A stretch of 64,000 bases of DNA from a virus. Both the position numbers and the translations under genes were made by a program. The stretch lies in the IMG/VR virus record IMGVR_UViG_3300047509_000037, positions 32,152-96,151 of that record, one strand, 5' to 3'. Positions 16,089 to 25,876 of the stretch are shown here, piece by piece. Within the stretch, counting starts at the first letter, position 1, and every line of letters starts with the position of its first letter. The notes under the pieces are model-generated. The model did no database searches. It was not told where the DNA came from and saw only the letters and a list, made by a program, of their open reading frames with translations.

Positions 16089-17129
16089 ATGCCATTCCGA
16101 AAGCTGGACATCACCCGCAAGACTGGTGAGGCAACCGCTCTGGCAACGAAACTCGAAGGACTCATCGTGGGACAGCGGGCACCTAAAGACGCTCTCCTGT
16201 CGGTCGTAGACCGCATCCAAAGTGGGTTCTATGACAAGACGAGACCCGTCGGCATCTTCCTCTTTCTCGGACCCACCGGGACGGGAAAGACCGGAGTAGC
16301 CGAGGCGTTCACGATGGGTCTGTTCAATAACCCGAAGATGTTGATGAAGGTGGATTGCGCAGAGTTCCAGCACTCGCACGAGATTGCGAAGCTAGTTGGC
16401 AGCCCTCCCGGTTATCTGGGACACCGCGAGACGCATCCGTACTTCACCAACAATTCGCTCAAGGCGCATCGCACCGATGCCTTTCCATTCACGCCGATTC
16501 TGTTCGACGAGATTGAGAAGGCAAGCGACTCACTCTGGAATCTCCTGCTGGGTATTCTGGATAAGGGCACGCTCACGACGGGCGCCAACGAAGTCGTGGA
16601 CATGAAGCCCACAATCATTTTGATGACCAGCAACGTCGGGGCGTCGGAGATGTCGGAAGACAAGTCTCTGGGCTTCGTCGGCAAGACCACAGTTGATGAT
16701 GCCAAGCTGGAGTCAATCGCTCTGGCGGCGGCACGGCGGAAGTTCTCGCCGGAGTTCCTGAACCGCATCGACTACATTTTGAACTTCAAGACTCTGACTG
16801 AAGACGAACTCAAACAGGTTCTCGCGCTTCAGTTGCAATTGCTTCAAGACCGCATCGTCGTTGACTCGAAGGTGCTCTTTGAACTGCGTGTCTCCAGCCG
16901 GGGACTCGCGCAATTGCTGGTGGATGGTTATGACCGTCGCTACAACGCACGGCATCTCAAGCGGACGATAGACAAACACATCTCCGCTCCGCTAACGAGT
17001 CTTGTCGCCACGGGGCAGATAATGAACGAAGACGTTGTCATCGTTGACTACCTCGAAGGCGACTGGCGATATGTGGCAGTACCGAGGGCGAATGCTCCCC
17101 AAGGCGATTTCTCAGGCAGTCTACCGTAG
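16089..17129 (+). CDS. ClpA/ClpB-type AAA+ ATPase, D2 module only
   Basis: GQ, LFLGPTGTGKT, KLVGSPPGYLGH pore loop, ILFDEIEKA, TSNVG, PEFLNRID, ARHLKR. Confidence 0.9.
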   Translation: MPFRKLDITRKTGEATALATKLEGLIVGQRAPKDALLSVVDRIQSGFYDKTRPVGIFLFLGPTGTGKTGVAEAFTMGLFNNPKMLMKVDCAEFQHSHEIAKLVGSPPGYLGHRETHPYFTNNSLKAHRTDAFPFTPILFDEIEKASDSLWNLLLGILDKGTLTTGANEVVDMKPTIILMTSNVGASEMSEDKSLGFVGKTTVDDAKLESIALAAARRKFSPEFLNRIDYILNFKTLTEDELKQVLALQLQLLQDRIVVDSKVLFELRVSSRGLAQLLVDGYDRRYNARHLKRTIDKHISAPLTSLVATGQIMNEDVVIVDYLEGDWRYVAVPRANAPQGDFSGSLP

Positions 17130-17418
17130 AGACGGCTGGAAATGTCGTTCCTGCAACAACCGCAATGGGCTTGACCCGCACCACGTCATATTCCAAAGCG
17201 CAGGCGGACCCGACACACTGGACAACCTGCTGGCGCTCTGCCGCAAATGCCACGATGACATTCACGCCGGGAGACTGGTGCTGGAAGTCCTTCGTAAGCT
17301 GGAGAGCAACCTTGACGTTCGATTCTGGAAGCGTGCTGCGTGGGAGATTTACAGGAGTGTAAATGAAGACTTGCACCAAGTGTCAAACATCGAAGAACCC
17401 GAAAACGGATTTTCATAA
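17092..17418 (+). CDS. HNH endonuclease
   Basis: RDGWKCRSC..DPHH..SAGG.D.LDNLLALCRKCH. Confidence 0.85.
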   Translation: MLPKAISQAVYRRDGWKCRSCNNRNGLDPHHVIFQSAGGPDTLDNLLALCRKCHDDIHAGRLVLEVLRKLESNLDVRFWKRAAWEIYRSVNEDLHQVSNIEEPENGFS

Positions 17419-17845
17419 GGATAAGAGTACGAAAGACGGGTTGCGCTATTGGTGTAAGGCGTGTGCGCGACCCGCTGCGGTGAGCTACGCTCGACGAAAT
17501 CCTGAGGAAAAGACGCATCGTCACCGAGACTACAAGCGAGACAACCCTGAACACTACTTATTGTGGCAGGCGAAACATCGCGCCAAGCGGAATGGTCTAG
17601 TCTTTGAGTTAGTGCCGGGAGATATACAAATCCCGCCGACCTGTCCGGTGTTGAAGATACCCATCTATCCGGGGAAACGAAACTCTCCGAACTCACCGAG
17701 TCTCGATAGGCGGGACAATGACGAAGGCTACACGAAGGCGAACACTCAAGTGATTTCGTATCGGGCGAATGTACTTAAACGAGACGCCACGGTCACTGAG
17801 TTGAAATTGTTCGCGGACTGGATTGTGGGGACGTATGGAACTTAG
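17363..17845 (+). CDS. HNH-type homing endonuclease
   Basis: KTCTKC..CKAC; CPVL..SPSLDRRDNDEGYTKANTQVISYRANVLK. Confidence 0.85.
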   Translation: MKTCTKCQTSKNPKTDFHKDKSTKDGLRYWCKACARPAAVSYARRNPEEKTHRHRDYKRDNPEHYLLWQAKHRAKRNGLVFELVPGDIQIPPTCPVLKIPIYPGKRNSPNSPSLDRRDNDEGYTKANTQVISYRANVLKRDATVTELKLFADWIVGTYGT

Positions 17846-19502
17846 GAGTTACCAGCAGGACGCACTCAATTCCATCGTTACAAACTATGACGCGGGGGCG
17901 AGAAAACTTCTCATTCAATCGGCAACTGGAACAGGGAAAACGATAATTTTCGCATCCCTGTACGAGCGCATGAAGTCCCGAATACCCGGACAGATGTGGG
18001 TTCTGTCTCACACGGAAGAACTAGTTGTCCAGAATTTGAAGAAACTCCAACAGGTGAACCGAGCCCTGAAGGTAGGCAAAGAGATGGCGGGGAGTTATGC
18101 CGACCCTGATTGCGATATAATCTCGGCGTGCGTGGCGACAACAGGTAGACACGGAACGAAACGCAATGACAGATTTAATTGGGGGAATGTTTCCCTGCTC
18201 ACAATCGACGAGGCTCATCACTCCACCGCTGACGCATACGGACGAGTCATCGACCTTGTCGGCATTAACAGCCCCGGCTCGAACAAACTTCTGGTCGGCG
18301 TTACGGCAACGGCTCAACGTCCTGACGGCAAGGCTCTGTCTGAAGTTTTCGACAAAGTTGCCTACGTGTATGGGATGCGGCAAGCCATCGAAGAAGGATG
18401 GCTCGTGCGTGTTCGGGGATACCGAGTATCGACGGACACATCCGTGGACGACGTATCGGTTTCATCTGGGGACTTCTCCGTCACCAAGCTGGCGGCACGT
18501 GTCAACACGGAAGCACGAAATCGACAAGTCGTAGAGGCATGGGCGAAGCTGGCGGGCGACCGCCGAACGGTTGTGTTCTGCGCCGACATCGACCATGCGA
18601 AGGCAATGGCTGAGGAGTTTAAGAAGTCAGGCGTACTCGCGGAAGCTGTCTGGGGTGAAGACCCGGAGCGCGAGTCAAAACTGGAGACACACCGTGCGGG
18701 AAAAATTCAAGTTATTTGTAACTGCGCTGTACTCGTGGAAGGCTACGATGACCCAAGCATTGCGTGCGTTGTACTGGCTCGTCCTACCACGTCTCCTGTC
18801 CTATTTTCCCAGATGGTAGGACGCGGGACTCGTCTCGCAGAAGGCAAGAAAGACCTTATCGTCATCGACGTGGTGGACGCATCGTCCAGCCACTCGCTCA
18901 TCACCCTGCCGACGCTGTTGGGCCTGCAAGGCATCCTAGACCTTCGTGGGCGCGACGTGCTCACGGTTGTTGAGGAGATGGAGGAGATTCAGTTAGCGAA
19001 CCCCGGCATCGACCTGTCGAAGCTGGACGACGTTGCGAAGCTGAAGACCCTCGTCGAACAAGTCAACCTGTTCACCATCCGGTTCCCGGCTGAAGTCGAA
19101 GCGAACAGCGAGTTGACTTGGTTCAAAGCGATTGACGGCGGCTACAAGATGCTCGTGCCGAAAGATGGACCGGAGCCTGCGGGCTTCATGCGAATTTACC
19201 AGAACCAACTCGGCTCGTGGGACATCATCGGGAGCATCAAAGGCAGGGCGCTTCAGGCGAACCGCGCCACGATGGAAGACGCGTTCAAGGCGACTGATGA
19301 ACAGATTCGTAAGCGGCTGTCGAAGATGGCTCTGTCTTACGTGAAACGTGAGGCTACATGGCACGGCAAACCAGTCACGAGTGGACAGATAAAAATGCTG
19401 GCGCGGTTGTTCCCGAAGAAGTTGTTTCCTTTGGAGTCGATGACATCGGGGATGGCGTCCAAGATAATCAGCGAACGCCTAGCACGCAAGCACAAAGGTT
19501 GA
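17835..19502 (+). CDS. SF2 DEAD/DEAH helicase (Irc3/YejH-like)
   Basis: LRSYQ, ATGTGKT, DEAHH, TAT, EGYD, QMVGRGTR. Confidence 0.95.
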   Translation: MELRSYQQDALNSIVTNYDAGARKLLIQSATGTGKTIIFASLYERMKSRIPGQMWVLSHTEELVVQNLKKLQQVNRALKVGKEMAGSYADPDCDIISACVATTGRHGTKRNDRFNWGNVSLLTIDEAHHSTADAYGRVIDLVGINSPGSNKLLVGVTATAQRPDGKALSEVFDKVAYVYGMRQAIEEGWLVRVRGYRVSTDTSVDDVSVSSGDFSVTKLAARVNTEARNRQVVEAWAKLAGDRRTVVFCADIDHAKAMAEEFKKSGVLAEAVWGEDPERESKLETHRAGKIQVICNCAVLVEGYDDPSIACVVLARPTTSPVLFSQMVGRGTRLAEGKKDLIVIDVVDASSSHSLITLPTLLGLQGILDLRGRDVLTVVEEMEEIQLANPGIDLSKLDDVAKLKTLVEQVNLFTIRFPAEVEANSELTWFKAIDGGYKMLVPKDGPEPAGFMRIYQNQLGSWDIIGSIKGRALQANRATMEDAFKATDEQIRKRLSKMALSYVKREATWHGKPVTSGQIKMLARLFPKKLFPLESMTSGMASKIISERLARKHKG

Positions 19503-19637
19503 AGAAGCTGGAGGAAGACAAGGGTGGTCGTCGATGTGATGATTGCCGCCGGGGATTTGAACCCGGACGCGATTGAGACAGCCAAGCACGAGAAGGCTCT
19601 CACCATCTGGAAGTACCTGCATCATCAGGAGGGCTAG

Positions 19638-19973
19638 TTGCTGACACCGGAAAAAGAACAACGCATTCAAGAAATCACCGCAGAGATTGCGGCAGAAGTG
19701 ACCCGCGCCACGAGGATGTTTGAACCGATGAACTCTCCGCATGAAGCCGAGGGTGTCATCCGTGAGGAGTTCGACGAGTTCTGGGATGAAGTGAAGGCGT
19801 ACAATCCCCGCAAGAACCGCGACACCCGTCCCGCGATGCGAACCGAGTTGATTCAGTTAGCAGCGATGGCAACACGAGCAGTGCTTGATGTCATCGACTT
19901 TGGGAAGCACTACGAGGCGCAACCATGCTACAACCCCGTTCCGACGCAACCTACTACCGAAACTTCCAACTGA
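19638..19973 (+). CDS. MazG-like NTP-PPase-fold protein
   Basis: SPHEAEGVIREEFDEFWDEV...ELIQLAAMA. Confidence 0.55.
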   Translation: MLTPEKEQRIQEITAEIAAEVTRATRMFEPMNSPHEAEGVIREEFDEFWDEVKAYNPRKNRDTRPAMRTELIQLAAMATRAVLDVIDFGKHYEAQPCYNPVPTQPTTETSN

Positions 19974-20266
19974 GCAAATTTCAGGTGGGCATCCTCAAGC
20001 GCCTTGCCAACGGTAAGGTCAAGGTCTACTGTATGCCTGCCGGGACGCTGCGCGACAAGCGCCGCGACGAGATGAACATCCAGTTCAACGAGGTTCTGCA
20101 ACTCGTGGAGATGGGGATGGTCAACGACGTGAGCGACGGTGAGAAGTTCAAATCCATCGTCGAACAGCATCGCGTGAACGAAGGGCGCGACGTTGTGGTC
20201 GTGTGGCTCAACGGATTCGGGCAAGAGATGTGGGGAAGGACTCCGTGGGACAAACAACGAAACTGA
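19925..20266 (+). CDS. hypothetical protein (start uncertain)
   Basis: ORF with typical codon use. Confidence 0.6.
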   Translation: MLQPRSDATYYRNFQLSKFQVGILKRLANGKVKVYCMPAGTLRDKRRDEMNIQFNEVLQLVEMGMVNDVSDGEKFKSIVEQHRVNEGRDVVVVWLNGFGQEMWGRTPWDKQRN

Positions 20267-20805
20267 ACACGAAGGACCGAGCCAAAGCAAAGCGGCTCAT
20301 GGATACTTACCAGCAAACTCTGGAGGAACACAATGCAAAGCGAACAGACCAAACCAACGCCTGCGCCATCTGCCGCCGACCGTTCAGCCAGTATCAAGCC
20401 TACCAAGACCACGACCATAAGTGCTGTGCCCGTCCCCGGAAAAAAGAAGGTCGGTACTGTGGTAAGTGCAACCGTGGACTCCTGTGTTTTCTTTGCAACA
20501 AGAAAGCCGTAGCGTGGCTGGAGCAACTAGCGAAGTGGGGCATCGACATTGAAAAGGTGCTTGAATACATTCGCTTCTGGACAAGAGAGATTACGTTGAA
20601 AGGTGGATATGCCTCTAAAGCCCCGAAAGCAAAAACCCCGCGAAAGCGAAAGTCCAAAGCCGGAGTACCGCGCAAACAAAAAAGCGTTCGACCAAGTTCT
20701 GAGCCGAGTGCGCCAGAACGGGGAAGTGACAGTGGGTCCGGTGAAAGCAGTGAAGTCAAGTGGTGGCGGTGGGAAGCCAGCGGCGATGAACCCAGCCGTC
20801 CCTAG
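20203..20805 (+). CDS. endonuclease VII-like protein (start uncertain)
   Basis: QTNACAIC..DHDHKCC..CGKCNRGLLC..CN. Confidence 0.8.
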   Translation: MAQRIRARDVGKDSVGQTTKLNTKDRAKAKRLMDTYQQTLEEHNAKRTDQTNACAICRRPFSQYQAYQDHDHKCCARPRKKEGRYCGKCNRGLLCFLCNKKAVAWLEQLAKWGIDIEKVLEYIRFWTREITLKGGYASKAPKAKTPRKRKSKAGVPRKQKSVRPSSEPSAPERGSDSGSGESSEVKWWRWEASGDEPSRP

Positions 20806-21070
20806 CATGGTCGAATTTCTGTGCGACGTGTTCCTCGCGGTGAAGCGTGTGCTCCCGCGTGACATCTCGTTCGAGAAGTTCCGTCAGGCTTACACGTTCC
20901 CCATCACCGATGACTACATCGAACAGGAGCGGTTCGCTCAGTTCGTTCTCCGCGACCGTCGGCATAGTGCAGAGCAACGCATCGGCGCTGAGTTCATTCG
21001 CGTCGGGATTTTCCCACTGACCAAGTACATGAAGTGTCCCCGCAAGCCGCGACCGAAGAACGCGGTCTAA
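20609..21070 (+). CDS. hypothetical protein
   Basis: AAGGTGG RBS; overlaps EndoVII tail. Confidence 0.7.
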   Translation: MPLKPRKQKPRESESPKPEYRANKKAFDQVLSRVRQNGEVTVGPVKAVKSSGGGGKPAAMNPAVPSMVEFLCDVFLAVKRVLPRDISFEKFRQAYTFPITDDYIEQERFAQFVLRDRRHSAEQRIGAEFIRVGIFPLTKYMKCPRKPRPKNAV

Positions 21071-21105
21071 ATTTTTGTGTCAAATCCAACCTGAGGTACA
21101 ACGCA

Positions 21106-21465
21106 ATGACAGCTACAGCGGTACTCCACAAGGAACGTAAACGTAGGGAACGCAAGACGAAGCGAGGGGCGGTGACTCTCGAAGTCAACGTGAAGCGGCA
21201 ACTCTCGGCTGAGATTGGCGAAGACGAATTGCCGCAGGGTGAGAAGTTCATCCTGCTTCAGAAGTACGGAGTGGCGGCTCCACGCATTGACCGTCTCGTG
21301 ACAAAACCCGTTTGGATGGAGGAACGTTTATGGCGACAGAAGAACAACGATTGGATGCGGGCAACGAAGGGTCTAGTGCCAGCGAAGCAGCAACCGCGAA
21401 CGCAGGCGCAACAGAGGCACCAACAGTCACAGCGCCCGACTACTCGAACCTCCCGCCAGAGCTAA
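21106..21465 (+). CDS. basic hypothetical protein
   Basis: GAGG RBS. Confidence 0.6.
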   Translation: MTATAVLHKERKRRERKTKRGAVTLEVNVKRQLSAEIGEDELPQGEKFILLQKYGVAAPRIDRLVTKPVWMEERLWRQKNNDWMRATKGLVPAKQQPRTQAQQRHQQSQRPTTRTSRQS

Positions 21466-21860
21466 GACCTGACGCAGACGGCAACCCGCCCGTGCTCACC
21501 GAAGCCCTGATGCGGAAACTCCGGGGGGAGTATTTCACGGTCAAACATGCGAGGCTCGACAACTGCGAACACCGCATTGACCTGATTACGGAGCCACGCA
21601 CGAATTGTCAGAACTGCTGGTGGAATTGGTTCAACATCCACCCGCAGTTGATTGAAACCACCGACCAGTTCTTTCGGACTAAGGGGAAGGAACCGCTCAT
21701 AGCCATGAGGGGCAAACGCTACTTCAAAATGTTTCTTCGGTTCATGAGCACGGTGTGCCAACTTCAGAAAGAACAAGAGGCACTCAATGCCAAGCAGATA
21801 CGTGAAGCGAACCCGCCGAGCGTTGAAGATGAACGAAATATGGAGGATATGTGGCGCTAA
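21330..21860 (+). CDS. hypothetical protein with Cys/His cluster
   Basis: GGAGG RBS; H..CEH..CQNCW. Confidence 0.7.
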   Translation: MATEEQRLDAGNEGSSASEAATANAGATEAPTVTAPDYSNLPPELRPDADGNPPVLTEALMRKLRGEYFTVKHARLDNCEHRIDLITEPRTNCQNCWWNWFNIHPQLIETTDQFFRTKGKEPLIAMRGKRYFKMFLRFMSTVCQLQKEQEALNAKQIREANPPSVEDERNMEDMWR

Positions 21861-22975
21861 CAGCGGGAGTCAAATCGACGGCGGCAACGCCGGAGAAGTC
21901 GGAGGAGAAGTCGTTCGTGAAACCACAGACCAAGGCGGACAAGTTGCAAGCGGTCTCGTCGGCGGCGAAGTCACTCAATAACACGTACAAAGACCCGAAG
22001 TTAGTCCAGAAGCTAGGGAAGAAGGCAGGCGCACTCCGCTTGCCTTCTCTCGCGCTTGGACTACCGACGGTAGACGAAGATGTCATCGGTTGCGGCGGAT
22101 TGCCCGACGGTCGCATCATCGAAATCTATGGACCGGAGTCGGCTGGTAAGACTGCCATCTCCCTGCACGCAATCGCGCAGGCGCAGGCTGGTGGTGACCT
22201 AGCTGCCATCGTGGATGCCGAGCACGCACTGATGCTCTCGCACGCGAAGACTCTGGGCGTCAACATCGACGAACTCATCATCTCGCAGCCTGACTACGGT
22301 GAGCAGGCATTGGAGGTTGTCCTTGGTCTTGCTGAGACTGGCGCGGTGCGTCTTATTGTCGTTGATTCGGTATCCGCACTCGTCCCGAAAGCCGAGTTGG
22401 ACGGAGATATGGGAGACAGCCACATGGGTCTCCAAGCGCGACTGATGTCTCAGGCGATGCGGAAACTCGTGGGCGTCTCTGCGAAGACGGGCACGACAAT
22501 CATCTTCATCAACCAAGTGCGCGAGAAAATCGGCGTCATGTTCGGCAACCCGGAGACCACAACGGGCGGGCGTGCTCTGAAGTTTTACGCGTCACTCCGC
22601 TTCGAGGTTCGGCGTCTGTCGAAGACTGACGGCGGTGAAATCATCGACCCCGTGACCAAGCTGCACATCGGTCACCGGATGCGTGTGAAGAACGTCAAGA
22701 ACAAAGTAGGCTCACCATTCCGCGAGACCTGCGTGGACTTGCTCTACGATAAAGGGTTTGACAAACGGGCGGACACTCTGGAATACTTGCTTGGGCAGGA
22801 CGTTGTCATCGTCGGAGACATGACGAAGGACAACAAGGGCAACGGCGTGTCGAAGGGTTGGCTGGGGTTCGAGGGCGAGAGCTACCGAAAATCGGACTTG
22901 ACATTGGACCCCGTTTACGATAAGGTTGCACTAGCGGCGAAGAAGGTCATCGACGCGAAACTTCAACAGCAGTAA
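21851..22975 (+). CDS. recA: recombinase RecA
   Basis: GRIIEIYGPESAGKT, DAEHAL, VVDSVSALVP, QARLMSQAMRKL, FINQVREKIGVMFGNPETTTGGRALKFY. Confidence 0.97.
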   Translation: MALTAGVKSTAATPEKSEEKSFVKPQTKADKLQAVSSAAKSLNNTYKDPKLVQKLGKKAGALRLPSLALGLPTVDEDVIGCGGLPDGRIIEIYGPESAGKTAISLHAIAQAQAGGDLAAIVDAEHALMLSHAKTLGVNIDELIISQPDYGEQALEVVLGLAETGAVRLIVVDSVSALVPKAELDGDMGDSHMGLQARLMSQAMRKLVGVSAKTGTTIIFINQVREKIGVMFGNPETTTGGRALKFYASLRFEVRRLSKTDGGEIIDPVTKLHIGHRMRVKNVKNKVGSPFRETCVDLLYDKGFDKRADTLEYLLGQDVVIVGDMTKDNKGNGVSKGWLGFEGESYRKSDLTLDPVYDKVALAAKKVIDAKLQQQ

Positions 22976-22979
22976 ACAC

Positions 22980-23170
22980 GTGGGTGCTCCGTTCCGTAAG
23001 GACGGGGAGTTCGCCAAGCGTGCGGCATAGCCGCGAGAGTGGCTTGGTGATTGGATACACCCACCTTAGCGGGCGGTAGTTGAATATGTCACAACACCGG
23101 GAACGCAGGGCAGTGCTCTACGAAAGCCTGCTCGTGCCCTCGGAAGCGTTGGTTAAAACCCAACCCGCCC
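22980..23170 (+). ncRNA. candidate two-domain structured RNA
   Basis: GTGGGTG/CACCCAC and GGGCGG/CCGCCC closing helices with internal hairpins including a GTAA tetraloop. Confidence 0.5.
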
Positions 23171-23191
23171 CATCACTTTCTGGAGGGTGCC

Positions 23192-23548
23192 ATGAGCAAG
23201 AAGAACCGTGTCGTGCCGAAGACTGTCAACCTGAAGGACGCCGTGTTCGCGTACTTCTCCATGTGCTGCAATGAAATTGCCGAGAAGCCTTCCTGCGTCG
23301 TGCCTCAGGGCGAACGTGTGGGAACGTATCTCGGTGCGGTGCCCGACCCTGCCAAGCGCAATCTGACGCTGGGCACGTGGCGCTGCTCGAAGTGCAAGAA
23401 GAAGTGCAAGGTGACCCGGACGGCAAAGAGCGCCGGTGCCCAGTCCAGACCACCTTCGCGGGATAGTTCCCGTGCGGTAACATTTTCTCAATCTCGCGCC
23501 TTAGACGCGCAATTATTCCCGAACGGGAACATTCTGGAGGAACCATGA
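23192..23548 (+). CDS. Zn-binding hypothetical protein
   Basis: GGAGG RBS; SMCC..WRCSKCKKKC. Confidence 0.7.
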   Translation: MSKKNRVVPKTVNLKDAVFAYFSMCCNEIAEKPSCVVPQGERVGTYLGAVPDPAKRNLTLGTWRCSKCKKKCKVTRTAKSAGAQSRPPSRDSSRAVTFSQSRALDAQLFPNGNILEEP

Positions 23549-24735
23549 GCCACGCAGACCATATGATGGGGTTAAGCCCATCGCAACCTCGTGACACCCA
23601 CGCGGTACGCATCATCGTCGTAGGACCGATTCTGCCTCACCCGAACGCCGACAAGTTAGAAATAACAATGGTCGGCGGCTATCAAATCGTCACCGGGAAG
23701 GGCAACTTCAAAGAGGGCGACCTCGCGGTCTACATCCAGCCCGACAGCGTCGTTCCACAGACCGAGCCGTTCAAGTTCATCTGGGCTGACCACGTCGGCA
23801 TCGACGGCAAGGTGCCAGAGAAGCGCCGCCGCATCACGGTGAAGCGTCTTCGCAAAGAGTACAGCGAAGGACTGCTCATGCCCGTGACGGATTTCCCGAC
23901 CGAGTTGGTGTGTGGAATCCTACAGCAACGTGCCAGCCTCAACCTTCGGGTCGAAGGCATCGACGTTGCCGAACTCCTCGGCATCACGCACTACGTCCCT
24001 GAGTTCGACAAGGAATCGACGAAGGCGGACATCGCTGTGTCCCCGAAGCGCCGCTACCCGAAGACCCTGCGTGGATGGTTCTATTGGACCCTCCGCAAGA
24101 TTGGGTTCAAGAATGCGGGCGGTCGGAGCTACGCTGAGGAAGTCAGCTTCCAACTCCCGGTCTACGACATCGACGCTCTGAAGAACCACAAGAACTGGTT
24201 CGACGAGACCGACATCGTTCAGGTGACCGAGAAGATTCACGGCAGCAATGCGCGGTTCACTTTCATCCTCGACGATGAAAAGCAGGTTCTCGGTCCCGGC
24301 AAGTTCTACGTCGGCTCCCACGAGCAGTGGAAGATGGACGGCGCGAACGTGTGGTGGAACGTTGCCCGTGCCTTCCCTCAGATTGAGGAGTGGTGCGTGC
24401 AGAACCCCGGCAAGGTTCTCTATGGCGAGGTTGGTCCGACTCAAAAGGGCTATCGCTACGGAGCCGAGCAGGGCGAGACGTTCTTCTTCGCGTTCGATGT
24501 CTACGACCCGAAGACGAACAACTGGACGTGGGCTGGTAATGAAGGCTTTGCGCCAACCGTGCCCATCCTCTACGTCGGCTCTTATGACTTCGAGAAGGTG
24601 AAGGCTCTGGTCGACGGAAAGAGCACCGTGCCTCAGGCTCAGAACATCCGTGAGGGTGTCGTAGTTCGCCGCCTCTCCGACAGTCGCAAGCTGAAGATTG
24701 TCAGCAACAGTTATCTAGAAAGTGACGCTAAGTGA
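23545..24735 (+). CDS. RNA ligase (DRB0094/Rnl2-like) with N-terminal OB domain
   Basis: HPNADKLE, TEKIHGSN, LYGE, FDV, VPILY, REGVV. Confidence 0.9.
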   Translation: MSHADHMMGLSPSQPRDTHAVRIIVVGPILPHPNADKLEITMVGGYQIVTGKGNFKEGDLAVYIQPDSVVPQTEPFKFIWADHVGIDGKVPEKRRRITVKRLRKEYSEGLLMPVTDFPTELVCGILQQRASLNLRVEGIDVAELLGITHYVPEFDKESTKADIAVSPKRRYPKTLRGWFYWTLRKIGFKNAGGRSYAEEVSFQLPVYDIDALKNHKNWFDETDIVQVTEKIHGSNARFTFILDDEKQVLGPGKFYVGSHEQWKMDGANVWWNVARAFPQIEEWCVQNPGKVLYGEVGPTQKGYRYGAEQGETFFFAFDVYDPKTNNWTWAGNEGFAPTVPILYVGSYDFEKVKALVDGKSTVPQAQNIREGVVVRRLSDSRKLKIVSNSYLESDAK

Positions 24736-25073
24736 ACTTGAAGATATGCCCGCACACCGGACAACCGGGGCGGTCAAAATGCAATCTGTGCATCAACGAT
24801 TTGCGTAAGAAGCACCGAGCCGCCGACCCCGAAACATATAGAGGGTACTCCCGAAAGTGGCATCGTAAGAAGTACGGCGTCAACACAGGGGAGCGGCGGG
24901 TGGGAACTTGCCCTTTATGTGATGCGGAAGGCGTCGAACTCCGACCCGACCACAATCACGAAACCAATAAGTTGCGGGACTGGATTTGCGCCCGCTGTAA
25001 CATGGCGTTGGGCTTCATGGAGCAGAACTCGAACCTCCGAAGACTACTCGCATACTTGGAGAAACACAAATGA
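24732..25073 (+). CDS. endonuclease VII-like protein
   Basis: CPLC..DHNHET..RDWICARCNMALG. Confidence 0.8.
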   Translation: MNLKICPHTGQPGRSKCNLCINDLRKKHRAADPETYRGYSRKWHRKKYGVNTGERRVGTCPLCDAEGVELRPDHNHETNKLRDWICARCNMALGFMEQNSNLRRLLAYLEKHK

Positions 25074-25483
25074 AGAAGACCATCGGTTGGTTTATCATCC
25101 TTGCCGCTCTGTTCCTGTGTCTAGCTGGGTTGATGATAGGGACCGGGCATGCTTCGACCACGTCTAGGACCAACGCATTCGGTGCCCAGACGATTACCAG
25201 CGACCCAAACGTCACTCTGGTTGCTTCCTTACTCGGTGGAGAGGTTCACAAGGACAGCGACGGGCGTCTAGGCTACAATCTGCGCCTGCATCCCAAGTAC
25301 ACGTTTGGTCTCTATGACGAGAGCATCATGTTCTGCGGCGACATCCGGGGACAGATGGACGGCAAGCAGACGACGTTTCAGGCTTACACCTATCGTCGCG
25401 CAGCCAGCCGACTCATCGACGGCATACCGTGCCACGCTCTCGTTGGCGTGGACGATGTGAAAAATGAGAAAGGGATTCAGTGA
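25070..25483 (+). CDS. exported or membrane-anchored hypothetical protein
   Basis: MKK plus hydrophobic signal. Confidence 0.7.
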   Translation: MKKTIGWFIILAALFLCLAGLMIGTGHASTTSRTNAFGAQTITSDPNVTLVASLLGGEVHKDSDGRLGYNLRLHPKYTFGLYDESIMFCGDIRGQMDGKQTTFQAYTYRRAASRLIDGIPCHALVGVDDVKNEKGIQ

Positions 25484-25866
25484 ACTTCAAATTTGAAATC
25501 AAGACGGGCATCCTGTACGGACTCGACGGCAAGAAGGTTTGGGCTGGGTACGCGGGCGGAAACTGTGGGAAAAATCCTGAGGCAATCAACAACCCGGACT
25601 TCATCAAAGTCAAGAGCGTCGGTCCACTCTGCCCCGGCATCTACACGTTCGGCACGCCCGTGGCTCAGTCGCACCTTGGACCGTTCGCCATTCCACTCAT
25701 CCCTGACCCAAGCAACGAGATGTACGGTCGCGGGGACTTCTTCTGCCACGGCGACACAACGCCATCCGGCAAGGCTTCTGAGGGTTGCGTTATTATGCCG
25801 CGATGGGTCCGCGATATGCTCTGGGCGTCACCGTGCCACACGATTGAAGTAGTCATCTCACTCTAG
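25480..25866 (+). CDS. Tlde1/DUF2778 L,D-transpeptidase-like protein
   Basis: GYAG..NNP..GPLCPGIY..GRGDFFCHGD..ASEGCV. Confidence 0.75.
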   Translation: MNFKFEIKTGILYGLDGKKVWAGYAGGNCGKNPEAINNPDFIKVKSVGPLCPGIYTFGTPVAQSHLGPFAIPLIPDPSNEMYGRGDFFCHGDTTPSGKASEGCVIMPRWVRDMLWASPCHTIEVVISL

Positions 25867-25876
25867 GAGCGCACAC

